From the NCBI RefSeq assembly GCF_004010195.1, contig NC_057718.1:81730028-81794027 (forward strand): DNA of 64,000 nt. The letters are read 5' to 3'. The position numbers and the translations under genes were made by a program. This DNA comes from Chiloscyllium plagiosum. Lineage: Eukaryota. Within the stretch, counting starts at the first letter, position 1. Every line of letters starts with the position of its first letter. Below are positions 51,621 to 64,000 of this stretch, in pieces. The notes beneath the pieces were generated by a model. That model saw nothing but the letters and a program-made list of their open reading frames with translations, searched no databases and was not told where the DNA came from.

Positions 51621-52029
51621 TGATTGCAGTACTAGCCTATGCAGAGTTATTTCAGAAGCAACAAGCCTCAATACCAGGCCTTGCCAATCTGGCCCAAGTT
51701 TCTGACCCAGCTCAATATGGCAGACATTTGGAGAAATGCTTAGTATTTTAGGAATAACTTTCTCCACGCTGCCAGGCTAAGTGCCATCATGACCTGTCTG
51801 CTACCTCAATTCTGTTATCTCCACTACCGCACCCACCTTTCATGCACTACCATATGCAACATCTTTCTTCACTCATTCTTATTGCTCATGCCCCCTCCCC
51901 CGACTTTGACATGCTGCTAAGCCTGCATGACATCTGAGGTGCTTGCTCCCTCTGTCAGGACACCTCATTATCTCTCCCGTATCTAAACCAGTAAACCATT
52001 TTCATCTCTCTCAATCCCCGTCTCTCTCA

Positions 52030-52145
52030 CTGCCGGAGGCAAAGAGCTTATAATCATGCAAAAGGAACCAAGACAAGTATTGAACAGTCTGACATTCGAC
52101 TCCTCACCCATACAAGGAGCGGATTCTGAGCCTAATTGTCTCAAG
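52030..52145 (+). mobile_element. Probable exon remnant of a Harbinger Myb/SANT accessory gene
   Basis: After a pyrimidine tract: ARAYNHAKGTKT..SDIRLLT / YKERILSL, resembling the recalled HNRRER..GGG..DIRVLTPYEERAL motif. Confidence 0.45.
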
Positions 52146-52609
52146 TAGCTGACTGACTGTGTCCAAGTCCCTGGAGTGGGTTTTGGAGGCTGCCTCTATC
52201 TTCCTGTACCAGGAGTCCCAGTCTGAAGACCGTCTCCTTTGACATGACTGAGGGCTGCTAACAGCTAAGAAGCTTGAAATTGTTGAATACCGATGTCTAT
52301 TGATGTGGGTTGCATGCGTACACTGCCCATGAAGCCCTGTGATGCTGGTGTCAGTTGGCCAAGTTGGAGATTCAGAGTAGCAAGTGACAAGCCAGAGTCC
52401 CCAGGTACCTGCTCACACTTCTATGTCGAGAATTCTCAGCATCTGGTTTGCTCATGGCAGGATTTTGGATGGGAAGTTGCATATTAATAAGGTGAGATGT
52501 GCACTTAATGAGAATGATAACAAGCAATAGTAATTTTGTGTTTCCTAGCAAGAATTTCATCTCGACTCCCGGTCTCTGTTGGAAGAAGATACAACTAACA
52601 ATACTGAAA

Positions 52610-53165
52610 TAGTCATAGAGTCATAGAGATGTACAGCATGGAAACAGACCCTTCGGTCCAACCCGTCCATGCCAACCAGATATCTTAACCCAATCTCGTC
52701 CCACCTGCCAGCGCCCGGCCCATATCCCTCCCTATTCATAGACCCATCCAAATGCCTCTTAAATGTTGCAATTGTACCAGCCTCCACCACTTCCTCTGGC
52801 AGCTCATTCCATACATGTACCACCCTCTGTGTGAAAAAGTTGCCCCTTAGGTATCTTTTATATCTTTCCCCTCTCACCCTAAACCTATGCCCTCTAGTTC
52901 TGGACTCCCTGATCCCAGGGAAAATACTTTGTCTATTTCCCCTATCCATGTCCCTCATAACTTTGTAAACCTCTATAAGGTCATCTGTCAGCCTCCAATG
53001 CTCCAGGAAAAACAGCTCCAGTCTGTAGCCCATCTGGTCAAGATCCTGTTGTAATCTGAGGTAACCGTCTTCGTTGTCCACAACACCTCCAATTTTGGTG
53101 TCATCTGTAAACTTACTAACTGTACCTCTTATGCTCGCATCCAAATCATTTATGTAAATGACAAT
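52610..53165 (-). mobile_element. Young CR1 LINE 3' fragment with internal deletion
   Basis: ORF 52557..53144: SKFTDDTKIGG joined directly to FFLEHWRL..GNFFTQRVVHVWNELPEEVV. Confidence 0.92.
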
Positions 53166-53729
53166 ATGATCCTCCCAGACTTCTCACTATAGACAACACT
53201 GTTCCCATAAGATTCCAACCAATTTTATTTTTTTTGTCATGTAAATATACTTTATTCTTTAAAATTTAATCTGTAGTAAGAAAAGAAAGAAGATATTATG
53301 AAATGCTGTGTATATACCTTTAAGGGAGCATACCTTAAACTACAATCAATCACTAACATCTTGAGACAAGATGTGATGTATTAGCCCGATGATTTGCTCA
53401 GCAATCTGAAGCAGCAGTGTTTGCTGTATATACTTAGTTACAAGTTAGACATAAATATTTAACACCCACTGAACATTATCTATACATCAACTTGTTCTCA
53501 GTTAAGAACCCACATTATCATCTCTCCAGTCCTTCTGTGATTAGTATATTTGCAACTAATGAAGAAATGTAACACACTCAAGCAGACTTATGGGTTTAGC
53601 ATCTTATCCAAAAGGCTTGCTAATATAGCATTTCCTTGTATTTAATTGATATGTGAACCGAGATAATGTGCTGAATTCTGAACTTGGGACAGAGGCACAA
53701 ATCAAGCTGGCGAATGAAGAGAGCACGGT

Positions 53730-54041
53730 GGGTGGCACGGTGGCACAGTGGTTAGCACTGTTGCCTCACAGCGCCAGAGACCCGGGTTCAATTCCCGCCT
53801 CAGGCGACTGACTGTGTGGAGTTTGCACGTTCTCCCCGTGTCTGCGTGGGTTTTCTCTGGGTGCTCCGGTTTCCTCCCACAGTCCAAAGATGTGCAGGTC
53901 AGGTGAATTGGCCATGCTAAATTGCCCGTAGTGTTAGGTAAGGGGTAAATTTAGGGGTATGGATGGGTTGCGCTTCGGTGGGGCAGTGTGGACTTGTTGG
54001 GCTGAAGGGCCTGTTTCCACACTGTAAGTAATCTAAATCTA
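53730..54041 (+). mobile_element. Young HE1-type SINE
   Basis: Complete head, core and tail with many intact CpGs. Confidence 0.95.
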
Positions 54042-55058
54042 AGCTGTGATACCTCAATGTGGCCAAATTCCCACTCATGTACTGTAATGCCACACCTCTA
54101 GTAATGATCAATCAGAAGAAGGATTTTTGTGTTTTTACTTTTCTCTCCAAGTTACACCAAACAAGACTTCACCTCAATAGCAAAGCAAGAAGTCAATAGG
54201 AGTCAAAGTGACCACAAAGTAGATATTATCTATCAAACTGCTGAGAAAAGCCTCAGTGATAAACAAATGAAAATGACTTCACAGAATCTTACAGCACAGA
54301 AGGAGGCCATTTGACCCATCATGCCTATGCTGGCTTTTTAAGCAAACCTATCAATTCATCCCACTATCCTATTTTTCCCCCATTACCCTGAAATTATTTT
54401 GCCACTTAAGTATTTGTTTGGTTTAGCTTTTGAATGTTACTAATGAATATGCTTCCATCAAAACTTCAAGCTGTTCACTGCTGACTTTAACAGCTCACAG
54501 CATGAAAAGAAAAGTGCATCTCATTTCTGGATGGCTTGCCAATTGTCTTAGATCTTTCTCCTTTTTTTGTCAACCCTTGTAGTGGTGGTAGAAACAGCAT
54601 CTCTATCAACATTTGGTTTTGTTGCCATCTTTAAATCCTTATTAATTCCTCACTGTTAAAAATAATTAAATAAAACTCCATTGCCTACATATTTTTTCAG
54701 GTACTATTTTTGCACAAATTACGCACCAGTTTCTGATGTAAGTTGTCTCTGAAAGCTAATATAACAAGGCATGAGAAATTCTAAAGGGAGATGGAGGCTG
54801 TTTCAGGTAGCAGAATAATGAAAAGACTTACTGGAGGCCCTGAGGAAATCGTGAATAGATTTGCACTCAAGACACATTTAATTTCAGTGAGGGGAGCAGG
54901 AAGGGTGGGAGGGGTTATGAACTGATGGGTGATTTTCACAAGAATCAGGCCTATGTCACTCTGGACATTGAAACCTCTGTTTCTTCCCCCAACACCCATC
55001 TCTCCTCCTCTCTGCAGCTTTTATTTCACTTCAGCCATCCACTTTGTCAGCCAACTAG

Positions 55059-55332
55059 TTAGATTAGATTAGATTACTTACAGTGTGGAAACAGGCCCTT
55101 CGGCCCAACAAGTCTACATCGCCCCGCTGAAGCGCAACCCACCCATACCCCTACATTTACCCCTTACCTAACACTACGGGCAATTTAGCATGGCCAATTC
55201 ACCTGACCTGCACATCTTTGGACTGTGGGAGGAAACCGGAGCACCTGGAGGAAACCCACGCAGACACGGGGAGAACGTGCAAACTCCACACAGTCAGTCG
55301 CCTGAGGCGGGAATTGAACCCGGGTCTCTGGC
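55059..55332 (-). mobile_element. Young HE1-type SINE, 5'-truncated
   Basis: Near-identical reverse complement of 53775-54041, (TTAGA)n tail. Confidence 0.95.
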
Positions 55333-56504
55333 CTGCAGCAGAGTTGTTTTGTGGATAGTAAGAGAGGATGGAGCAGACATTTTAACGTGAGCCTGTTGGT
55401 AACACAACAAAATGTACCTGTGCACTTGCAAAAGGAAAAAAACCTTACAAATAATCCTAAATTATTGCATTATTATAAAACTACAATTCCCTTGCCCACT
55501 GAAATAATTCACTATAGCGGAATTAAAAAAAAAACAAATTTAGTGTCATGAATTATTACTTACTGATCTAATTCCCGAAGTTATTTTGAATATATGGAAA
55601 AATATGAATCAAAGGAGAGCAGAATCCTGTCTCATTGACAGCACATTACTGACGTTCTATTACTCATACAGCATTGAGTCACTCACAAATCAGAGAAAAG
55701 ACATTCATAAAGAAGAATCACTGCTACAGTACTCTGCACAAGTTGAGCTTAAGCACAGAACAGCTCTGTACAGCTGCACTGAGTATCGTTATAACCAATA
55801 CTGGAGAAAGATAGAAATGGAGCTTTCCAAAACATTTGCAAATTAGAGTTGACAAGAGAACTTCCTTTGGTGGGTGTGCAGGATTGCTCAACAGAACATG
55901 TAATAGAAATTCTGACTTGGAAGGAGCATATCCCCATAAAGGGAGCTGACCCAAATCGCCAAGTGGGAAATTAGTCCAGAGCAGGCATACGAAAGATTGT
56001 TCCTAAAATCTCTTTGGATGATCAATTCACTGGTTGTAGGTTATCCTCACTTTTACATATAGAGGGTGCTGCTGAGATTTACTACATTATTATTTATTAG
56101 GCCAGAGGGACCAGTTATGTGAAGGGCTGAGGGGAGACCAGGAGAGATTATGGAGACATTTATTAGAGACTTACAAAATTAGGAGAAGATTTGATAGAGA
56201 AGAAGATGTGATAGAAGAGATAGTCAGAAACGCTTACTGAGAGGGAGGTCAGTAACTGAACAAGACAGCTCAAATCAGAGAGTCATAGAGCTAATCCTTA
56301 GCCTCCCCTTCAATTATTCATTCGTGTAAGCATTGCCCTTGAAGAGCACTGCATATCACTCGCCTTTCGGGTGTTTTTACTTCCTGGTGGTGGAATACGA
56401 ATAAAGTTTTCTGCACTCGGTATTTCTTCACGCACACGACATGGGTGGTGGGGAGAAATGATCACTCCTGCTGTCTGCAGTAGTGTACGGAAGGGATATA
56501 CAAA

Positions 56505-56965
56505 ATAGAATCTTAGAGCTGTACAGCATGGAAAAAGACCCTTGGGTCCAAATTGTCCATGCTAACCTAAGTTAATCTTGTCCCATTTGCCAGCATTCCA
56601 CCCTTTTTCCTCTAAACCCTTCCTATTCATATACCCAACCAGATGCCTTTTAAATGTTATAGTTGTACCAGCCTCCACCACTTCCTCTGGCAGCTTGTTC
56701 CATACAGTTGCACCACCCTCTATGTGAAAAAGGTGCTCCTTTGGTTCCTTTTAAATCTTGCCCCTCTCACCTTAAACCCATGCCATCTAGTTTTGGACTC
56801 ACCTACCCTGCGAAAAAAGACCTTGGCTATTCACCCTAACCATGCCCCTTATGATTTTGTAGACCTCTTTAAGGTCACCCCTCAGCCTCTGACACGCCAG
56901 GGAAAATGACCCCAGCCTAATCAGGCTCTCCCTATAGTTCAAACCTTCTAGCCCTGGCAACATCC
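56505..56965 (-). mobile_element. CR1 LINE 3' fragment
   Basis: Homologous to 7031-7410 and 52610-53020. Confidence 0.88.
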
Positions 56966-58764
56966 TTTAAGAGATTAAAGTGGACAATTGTCAAAAAAAA
57001 AAGGCAGAGGGGAGAATGAGATTTTCTCAGCGATATATGATCTGGAATGCAGTTTCTGAAAAGATGGGCAGGAAGCAGATTCAATGACAGCTTCCAAAAA
57101 GGATTGACTAAGTACTTGTAAAAGACATTGTCGGGTTATGGATAAATAGCTGAAGGTTGGCACCAGTACTGGGCATCTGAAATAAAAACAGGGATGCTAG
57201 AATAAGCTGAGTCAGTGCCTGCTGAGAGATCTAGAAATTTCTGGGCAGAATCTTACCAGCCCCTGAACATGGGCATTGGTGAGAAAGTTGGGTAAATATC
57301 AGCGTAAATGAGATTTTCAACACTGTGAGCAATAAGTCCAATGCACTAAACAAAGTGTTGAATGGGAAGATGGGAATCTCGCCAATGAACGGTATGAGTC
57401 CTGTTTACATTGATTAGCACGTAATTGTTATTTAATGTCACCTCATTAATATGCAGCTTCCCATCCCCTCACTCACTGGATCAAAACTAGACTGGGACAA
57501 TACCCACCATGGAAGTCAGAGTAGGTACCTGGCAACTCCAGTTTGTAGCTTGCTCCTCCAGGCAGTCACCAACATCTCAGGGTATGCTCCATGGTCAGCA
57601 GCCATGGCACCCACCACCCTCTTACCACCTCTGGCATTCAAGGGTATTGGCTTCAAACATACTAGTCTCATCACACCCTCATGGCACATCTCCAATGGAC
57701 TTACAATACACCTCTCCACTTCAATGCCATACATTGAAATACATTGGTATCTATGATTGTATTGCTGCACTCAGGACACATTGCACACAGAGGCAAGCAT
57801 CCATCTCCTAGATTTAACTAGGGTGTATCTCCAGTTTCTCAGTCAGGCCAATGGAAACATCTTTTAGTCATGGTGTCCTGGCACAGTCATTCAAGGGTTT
57901 GGACATGGTCAGTCAGCATCACTGCAGTCTAGGAAGTAGCCCACAGTCAGCCATGTAAATCTAGTGTGACTAGTCCAGGGAGTTGCGGTGAGTCAGCTGG
58001 GGAATTGCAGAAAGCTATCTGACCGAACTGGGGAAGGGGTGAGCCATGGTCAGTGATGGGAGTCAGTCAACTGAGATTATGGGGGAAGGGGATGTTATCG
58101 AGGCCACTGCTGCATGAGGGAAGCCGAGGAAGTCAATTGTGGGGATTGGAGATAGCATGCTGAGAAGCTGAGGGGGACAATCATTGTAAAATATGGAGGA
58201 AGTGCAATCCAAAGTATGATGATGAGTGATGATAGTGCATTGGAGGCCATGGGGTATTGCAGGAAGGAGGTTCATTGATAGGCACAACCTCAATTGGAGG
58301 CAGTGCAGCACAATGACTGGCATGATTAAACTATAGAGCTGGAGTTCAGGGGCGATGTTTAGAGATGCAGATGTAATTCAAAAATTGATGTGTGGGAATG
58401 ATTGGATGCTCAATTCTGATGGGGTTAACAGTGAGAGCTAGGAAGAATGGAACATGAAGGTTTGGGAGGGCAGGGCATATTGGTCAGTAAGACTGACACA
58501 CTGAACCTGCAAGTGACTCTGTGAAGCTCTACCTGGGCTCTGCTCCATCCTCATCTGCACCACAATGGAAATGTGAAAACGTCTGGAGTGGCTGTGTTGT
58601 GTTTTTTCCTGTCTAAGGATATAAACCCTATTCGTGAGCAACGGAAGACCTTTCAAGGGGCAACTGTGTTAATCATGCACTCACACATTATAGGCTAAGG
58701 ACCTCTGTAATCATAGAATTCTAGATGTGAACTTTATACAGTCCTGGGCATAAGCAATCTTGAC

Positions 58765-59427
58765 CATAGAGTCATAAAGTCATAGAGTCATACAGCACGG
58801 AAACAGACCCTTCAGTCCAACTAGTCCATGCCGAACATAATCCCAAACTAGTCCCACCTGCCTGCTCCTGGCCCTTTTTTAAATCTCTCTTCTCTTGCCT
58901 TAAAATGTGCACTAGTCTTTAAAACTCCCATCTTAGGGAAAAGACGGCTACCGTTATCTCTAATTATGCCCCTCATTATTTTATAAATTCATATAACCAT
59001 CACGTCTCAACCTCCCATACTCCAGTGAAAAACTCTCAGCCTATCCAGCCTTTCTTTATAACTCAAGCCTTCCATACCCAGCAACATGCTGGTAAATCTC
59101 TTCTGAACCCGCTCCAACTTGATAATATCGCTCCTATGATTGGGCGACCAGAACTGGACACATTATTCCAGAAGAGGCATCATTAATGTCCTGTACAATC
59201 TCAACGTGACTTCCCAAATCCTATAGTCAAAGGACTGAGCAATGCAGGCAAGCATGATAAATGCCTTTTTAACCACCCTGTCTGCATATGATGCAAACTT
59301 CAAAGAATTATGTGCCTGCACCTCAAGGTCCCCCTGTTCTACACCACTACCCAAGGCCCTACCATTAATTCTATAAGCCCTACCCTTGTTTGCTGCACCA
59401 AAATGTAATACCTCACATTTATCCATG
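58765..59427 (-). mobile_element. CR1 LINE 3' fragment with internal deletion
   Basis: ORF 59163..59438 DKCEVLHFG..LRLYRTL; tail CATAGAGTCATAAAGTCATAGAGTCATACAGC. Confidence 0.88.
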
Positions 59428-59911
59428 ACATTGATCATTACAAATTAATCCCAGTAATCTCAGTTAACAGAATAAATTGTAGGCAACCTATAAATTATCA
59501 CTTGCAGTCCACACTTCACAACACATTCATGAGTCTCAAGTAATGCACAAGGGCTTGGAGCTGCTTTCCTCACATACTGAACTGTAAGTAATCAACAACA
59601 TTATTCTTAAATACATGGACTTATTTTCAAGAATTATCTGTGAAGTAAGCATAGAAAATGTAATTGATCCTACTGAACTTATAGTCTCTTACTGTGTGTG
59701 CATAACATGGCTAGCTTTGCATAGATTTGAATAAGGTCCACAATGTTAAATTCATCACCTTGCTATCCTTGTTAAAGACCACCAGATCCCAAAGTGTAGA
59801 GTACTGTGGTAAATAGTCATTTGTTTGTGCTGCAGTAGCTGACTAAACACATTGCTGAGAAGCTGCTCTGTTCCTGATGCTCTATACATAAGCTCATTGG
59901 AATTGTCACCA

Positions 59912-60760
59912 ATGGATCCAGAGCTAGCAGCTGTTATCCTATTTGGCCACAATGCAATGAATGACACAGAAAGTAAAAGGAATACATACATCTACAAGCC
60001 CAGCAGAAAACTCTTCCAATGCCAAGCAGTCTCCAAATGGAGGCTTAGCAGCAAAAGGGCCCCTCAGAGACAGTACAAAAAGCCCATTTCATCTCCAATC
60101 ATTGTCCTCCAGATGAGTGAGGCACAATGCTGCTGCCTAGGACCCTGTAAGTGAACTGTGTTATCTGCTGGAGCGCTCCAGGTGTGAGGTGCTACAGACT
60201 GTTTACACTTAGGTTTGAGTGCACCACATCATACCTTGACTAACTTCATTAATAGAAAAGGGTTTCATTCAGTCAATGTTCAATTTATCTGTGATCATCA
60301 TGACTATATCTTAGATGTCTGCCCCAAAGTACCATTGAAGCTTCTGTGGTGCCTACGTCTTTGATAACTCTTGTGTCCCTGTTTCAGTCTATGGGACGCA
60401 TGCCTTTACATTTGGAAGACAAGGACTACGCTCTCCAACCATGGTTTAGAATTCCAGCCCCCAACCGAGACTGAGTGCAGATGCAATGGGATACCTTCTT
60501 TCAATGAGGCTATTGCAGGCCATAAGCTGAGGCTCACAAGCTTGCATAGATATGGGACTTCTTTGCAGTATACTACAGACAGACTGAGCTACAAAATGAT
60601 TGTATGCTATGCTCTGGATAACTGGAGCAGGCAAAGGAGAAAGTGATGGAAGCATGAGGAGTTGAGAGCAGTAGATCCTTCCTAGGAGGAAGATGAGGAA
60701 ATTGATCATGAGGAACATCACCTTCACCAATATGGCGACACAGCAGCACTGGGTGCAACA
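59912..60760 (+). mobile_element. Decayed Harbinger transposase
   Basis: MDPELAAV..LQMSEAQC; V*GATDCLHL (GAIDCTH-like); NRKGFHSVNVQFICDH..ILDVCP; LRLTSLHRYGTSLQY..VCYALDN. Confidence 0.85.
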
Positions 60761-61489
60761 AACTAAACAACCTCTAGTTTGACAACCTCTTCCAATGGAA
60801 CTGAGTTGGGTGAAGTCATTATCCATTGACTGTAAATGTGCTGACGCTGGGAAAACAAACAGGCCCTGTTCATCCCCAAATCCATACAAAGCTTATCGGT
60901 TTGTTTGTTCTTATTTTATTGCACAATAAGAAAAGTGAACGCTACAAGCCATTAGAAAATTTCACAATGTCTGATGCACCAGCATTCAAATATAACCATA
61001 TTTTATAAGACTATGCACATTAGGGAAAGAGTAGCACTCCTTCAGACAGAGATCTAACATTGTATGATGCTAAGGAAAGGCAGTTTCTCTAGCTTCGTTC
61101 TTAGGACTGTAGCTAAAATGACGTGAAGCAAAATATATGCACAAATGTGAAGTTGTATTGACATAAAGGTTCCACCTGTGCAACCTATGTTCCCTCAGAA
61201 TGATTTATTCCGATTCCCTCCCATTATCTCTAGTTTTAGTCCCTGGTGCCATTTTGTCATTCGAGGGGCCAGACATACCGAGAGTGCCTTGTGCTGACTG
61301 GGAAGGCTCACATCCACAGGGTTGTGGATCTCTGGCAGGTTGGAGATGACGGCACCCAACATCTTTGATGTGTTTTGAAGGGACATGTCTGGGCAGCCCA
61401 GGGTGCGGGGGTGGGTTGGGGGGAGTTGCGGGATCTGGATACAGGAGAAGAGATAGAGTGAGTGTGAGGTATCAGAGAGAAAATGTTGG

Positions 61490-61760
61490 CATTCACCCTA
61501 GCAAAATGGAGAAAGACATTGGCCTTCTTCCTGAGAACTTGGCATTTCTCCAGACAACTGAGTTTGCTTTAATCCCATGTCGCAACCACTGACCAGTCCG
61601 ACATGGTCTGGTATCATGGCCTCAACTGCTCGTCCTGAGGAAGAGAAAGTCTTACCTATGCACCAATCATCCAGTAGGACCTCTAAGACTTTGTCCCGAA
61701 AGCAGGCACCAATATCCCACTGTCTGCCGTGCCTGTGGCAAATGTCAGAAAAGATGCGGG
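61490..61760 (-). mobile_element. Harbinger Myb/SANT-like accessory gene remnant, convergent with the transposase
   Basis: GACFRDKVLEVLLDD / DFL / QDEQLRP*YQTMSDWSVVAT resembles recalled APRF..LEVLL..LFP..RRP..AW.EVA. Confidence 0.6.
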
Positions 61761-62229
61761 GCAGCTCTGACTCACGGTGCTTCCCCAGGTACCCAATGTG
61801 CTTTTGAAAATGGTTAGCACCAGTGCTAAGGACACTGGTCAATTCCTGGATATCCGATGAATGGTGGGTTTTTCCAGGAATGGCATTTGATAAAACAGGA
61901 TGGAAATTTGATGTGATACTTCCTATGGGGCAGGAACAGCAATTAACGTGGTGAGTTTGGTAGGAATCAGTGAGAAAACTCATTCTATCAAACTCAACGC
62001 AACTTGAACTTAGCAAAACAAAATCAACCTTTTGGCCTTGAGTTTACCTGAGGAATGCACCTCACCATACAACCCAGCACTCTGTCGCTTTTTGGACTCA
62101 ACATTCAGCTCAACAAGAACATTCCATCTGGCCCTGTTTTGTTTGCTTCTTTTCTGGTTCATCTCTTCCCATTTCTTTCTTTATTCCTTCGCTTTGAATC
62201 TGGACAATTTGCACTCAGTGAGTTCTCAC

Positions 62230-62525
62230 AAAAACAAATATGATAGGAAGTGAGACAATCTGTTTTTTGTTGTGATGTTAAATGAGAGATAAATTGGGAT
62301 ATCTTCCTTGGTCCACTTTGAAATAGTGCTGTGGGATCTTTGACATGCACTTGGGGGGTTAGAAGGGCTGTTTGTTTAACGTCTTATCTGAAAGACAATA
62401 CCACTGACAATGCAGCTCTCCCTCAGTAATGTAACTGAGTGCCAGCTTAGACATTGCCCCTCCAGCCTCTGGAAGGGCATTTGAACTCACTGAGAGGTCA
62501 GATTACTGCCAATGAACAATGGCTG
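62230..62525 (-). mobile_element. DeuSINE (SacSINE1-like); other decayed copies at about 20190-20440, 27500-27640 and 53570-53700
   Basis: Reverse of CAAAGATCCCACAGCACTATTT and TTTCAGATAAGACGTTAAAC. Confidence 0.7.
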
Positions 62526-63689
62526 ACAAATAAAAGGAACCAGAAAAGCCTAGTATGTATAATTATCAATCCAGCCTTAACTGATAAAATAAAATGGCTA
62601 TCATTCACCATCACCCAGGACACCTTTGCCATACAATAAAACCTCTTTGAAAATATTGGACCTTGCACATCTTGTCTTGGTCAGAGGTTTGTGTGAAACT
62701 CTATTTATGTTTGGAAATAGAGAATTTGATGAGATTCAGGACCGAATAAATGTCAAACACATGGAGTGTCAAAATATCAAACAGGTATAGGAGAGAAATA
62801 CGAGGACTATATTGTTAATTGTGTTTGTCTTATTCTAATATTGACATTTTTTCACAATTCAGCATCACATGCTTAATCTTGGCTGCAGTCTGAGTCCAAT
62901 TCCCTTATTGCTTTTTGTTCAATTCTTAGTGCACGAGTGTTAATTGATAATAAAGTACAGCATATACTCCATTGTGTTATTTACTATTACATTAATTCTG
63001 TTAAATCTACACTGCTCCCCGTGGTGATTTAAATATTTGAAAGTGATATAACATAGTATGTGACAGTCCACTTGCAGAAAAAGGACAGCCCATGCACTCG
63101 GGACTGAAAACTAATCTAGGAACACAACATCTTTGGTAACCTAATGTTATTTCTGGCCTTCAGCTAGTAATACCTTGTGAAAAAAAACCAATTAAAATGC
63201 AGTCAATCAAGCTATACCTGTCCCTTTAAGGATTCTTCTGAAGTCTTGGCATCTTATCCCTTCACTGAAATTGTTTGGGATTTGTCTGCTGGGATATATG
63301 TAAGTAATCTCTTGGATAAAATAATGCTGCCAGTACACATAGATCACAATTACAAAACAAATTATCAAATAAACCTGTTCACTCTGGCTGCTCACTATAT
63401 TGCCACAGTTTGTTCAAATTAAGCTGTGACTTTTATTTTTGCTTATACACACACCAAGTCTATTTTGCTGCAAGATAGATGCCGCCTATCTTGCAGACGC
63501 AATAACTCACCGCATTCTGCAAGTCAATCGTTCTTAATGTGATTCACCAGGAATTGAGTGACAAATCTACCAGAGAACTGCAATAAACAGCATTATGCTC
63601 TCCAGTATGAAGAGCTGTGAAGTGTTGGGAAGCCTACATAAAGTACATGGTTTGGGTGAAAGATTTTGGTCTTGCACCTACCATTGACA

Positions 63690-64000
63690 CCAACATAAGA
63701 AACAGAAACAGGAGGAGACCAATCAGCCCTTTGAGCCTGTTCCACCATTCAATGAGATTGTGGCTAATACTTCAGCAGCTTCCTGCATTAACCCTGTATT
63801 CCTAGATGTTTTTAATTTGTAAAAGTCTTTCCATCTGTCTTGAATGTAATCAATGACTGAGCCTCCACAGTCCTTTGTGAATTCCAGAGATTCATGCTCT
63901 CTGACTGAAGCAATCCCTCTTTATCTCAGCCCTAAATGGTCTGCCCTTTATTCTGAAATTTTGTCCTGAGATCTGGATTCCCTCAGCCAGGAGCAACAGC
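63690..64000 (-). mobile_element. Old CR1 3' UTR, cut by window edge
   Basis: CATAAGAAACAGAAACAGGAG..CAGCCCTTTGAGCCTGTTCCACCATTCAATGAGAT, similar to 28797-29145 and 30787-31100. Confidence 0.75.

Noticed and set aside
55586..55954. Cluster of 60-86 aa ORFs
   Set aside because: No motif or splice support; expected by chance.
61498..62016. 172-aa ORF as a host gene
   Set aside because: Only a short part is recognisable, as a frameshifted Harbinger Myb/SANT remnant; the rest looks like chance read-through.
1..64000. Prokaryotic-style systems (CRISPR array, operons, retrons, phage genes)
   Set aside because: No repeat-spacer array or gene-dense ORFs; all RT motifs belong to eukaryotic CR1, Penelope or Gypsy elements.

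Overview
Vertebrate genomic DNA, not prokaryotic. HE1-type SINEs and matching CR1/HER1 LINE tails point to a shark; an orectolobiform such as Hemiscyllium or Chiloscyllium is my inference. The window is intergenic or intronic and dominated by layered transposable elements. These include many CR1 LINE pieces (one near full length at 20653-25330), HE1, DeuSINE-like and other tRNA-derived SINEs, and a 5.6-kb Gmr1-type Gypsy element with integrase upstream of RT. There are also two older Gypsy remnants, solo LTRs, two Penelope-like families carrying minimal hammerhead ribozyme motifs, three decayed Harbinger transposases with Myb/SANT partner remnants, a Tx1 fragment and a Tigger-type MITE. I recognise no host protein-coding gene, and the identifiable ORF-track entries are TE fragments; many others look like chance ORFs. 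I cannot support a genuinely new biological system. The best leads are the Tigger MITE (possible horizontal transfer), the hammerhead motifs, a dense palindrome cluster at 38133-38381, and orphan exon-like segments, one with an in-frame TGA in a U-x-x-C context. Family assignments come from recalled motifs, not database searches, and boundaries are approximate unless a TSD or terminal repeat is quoted.
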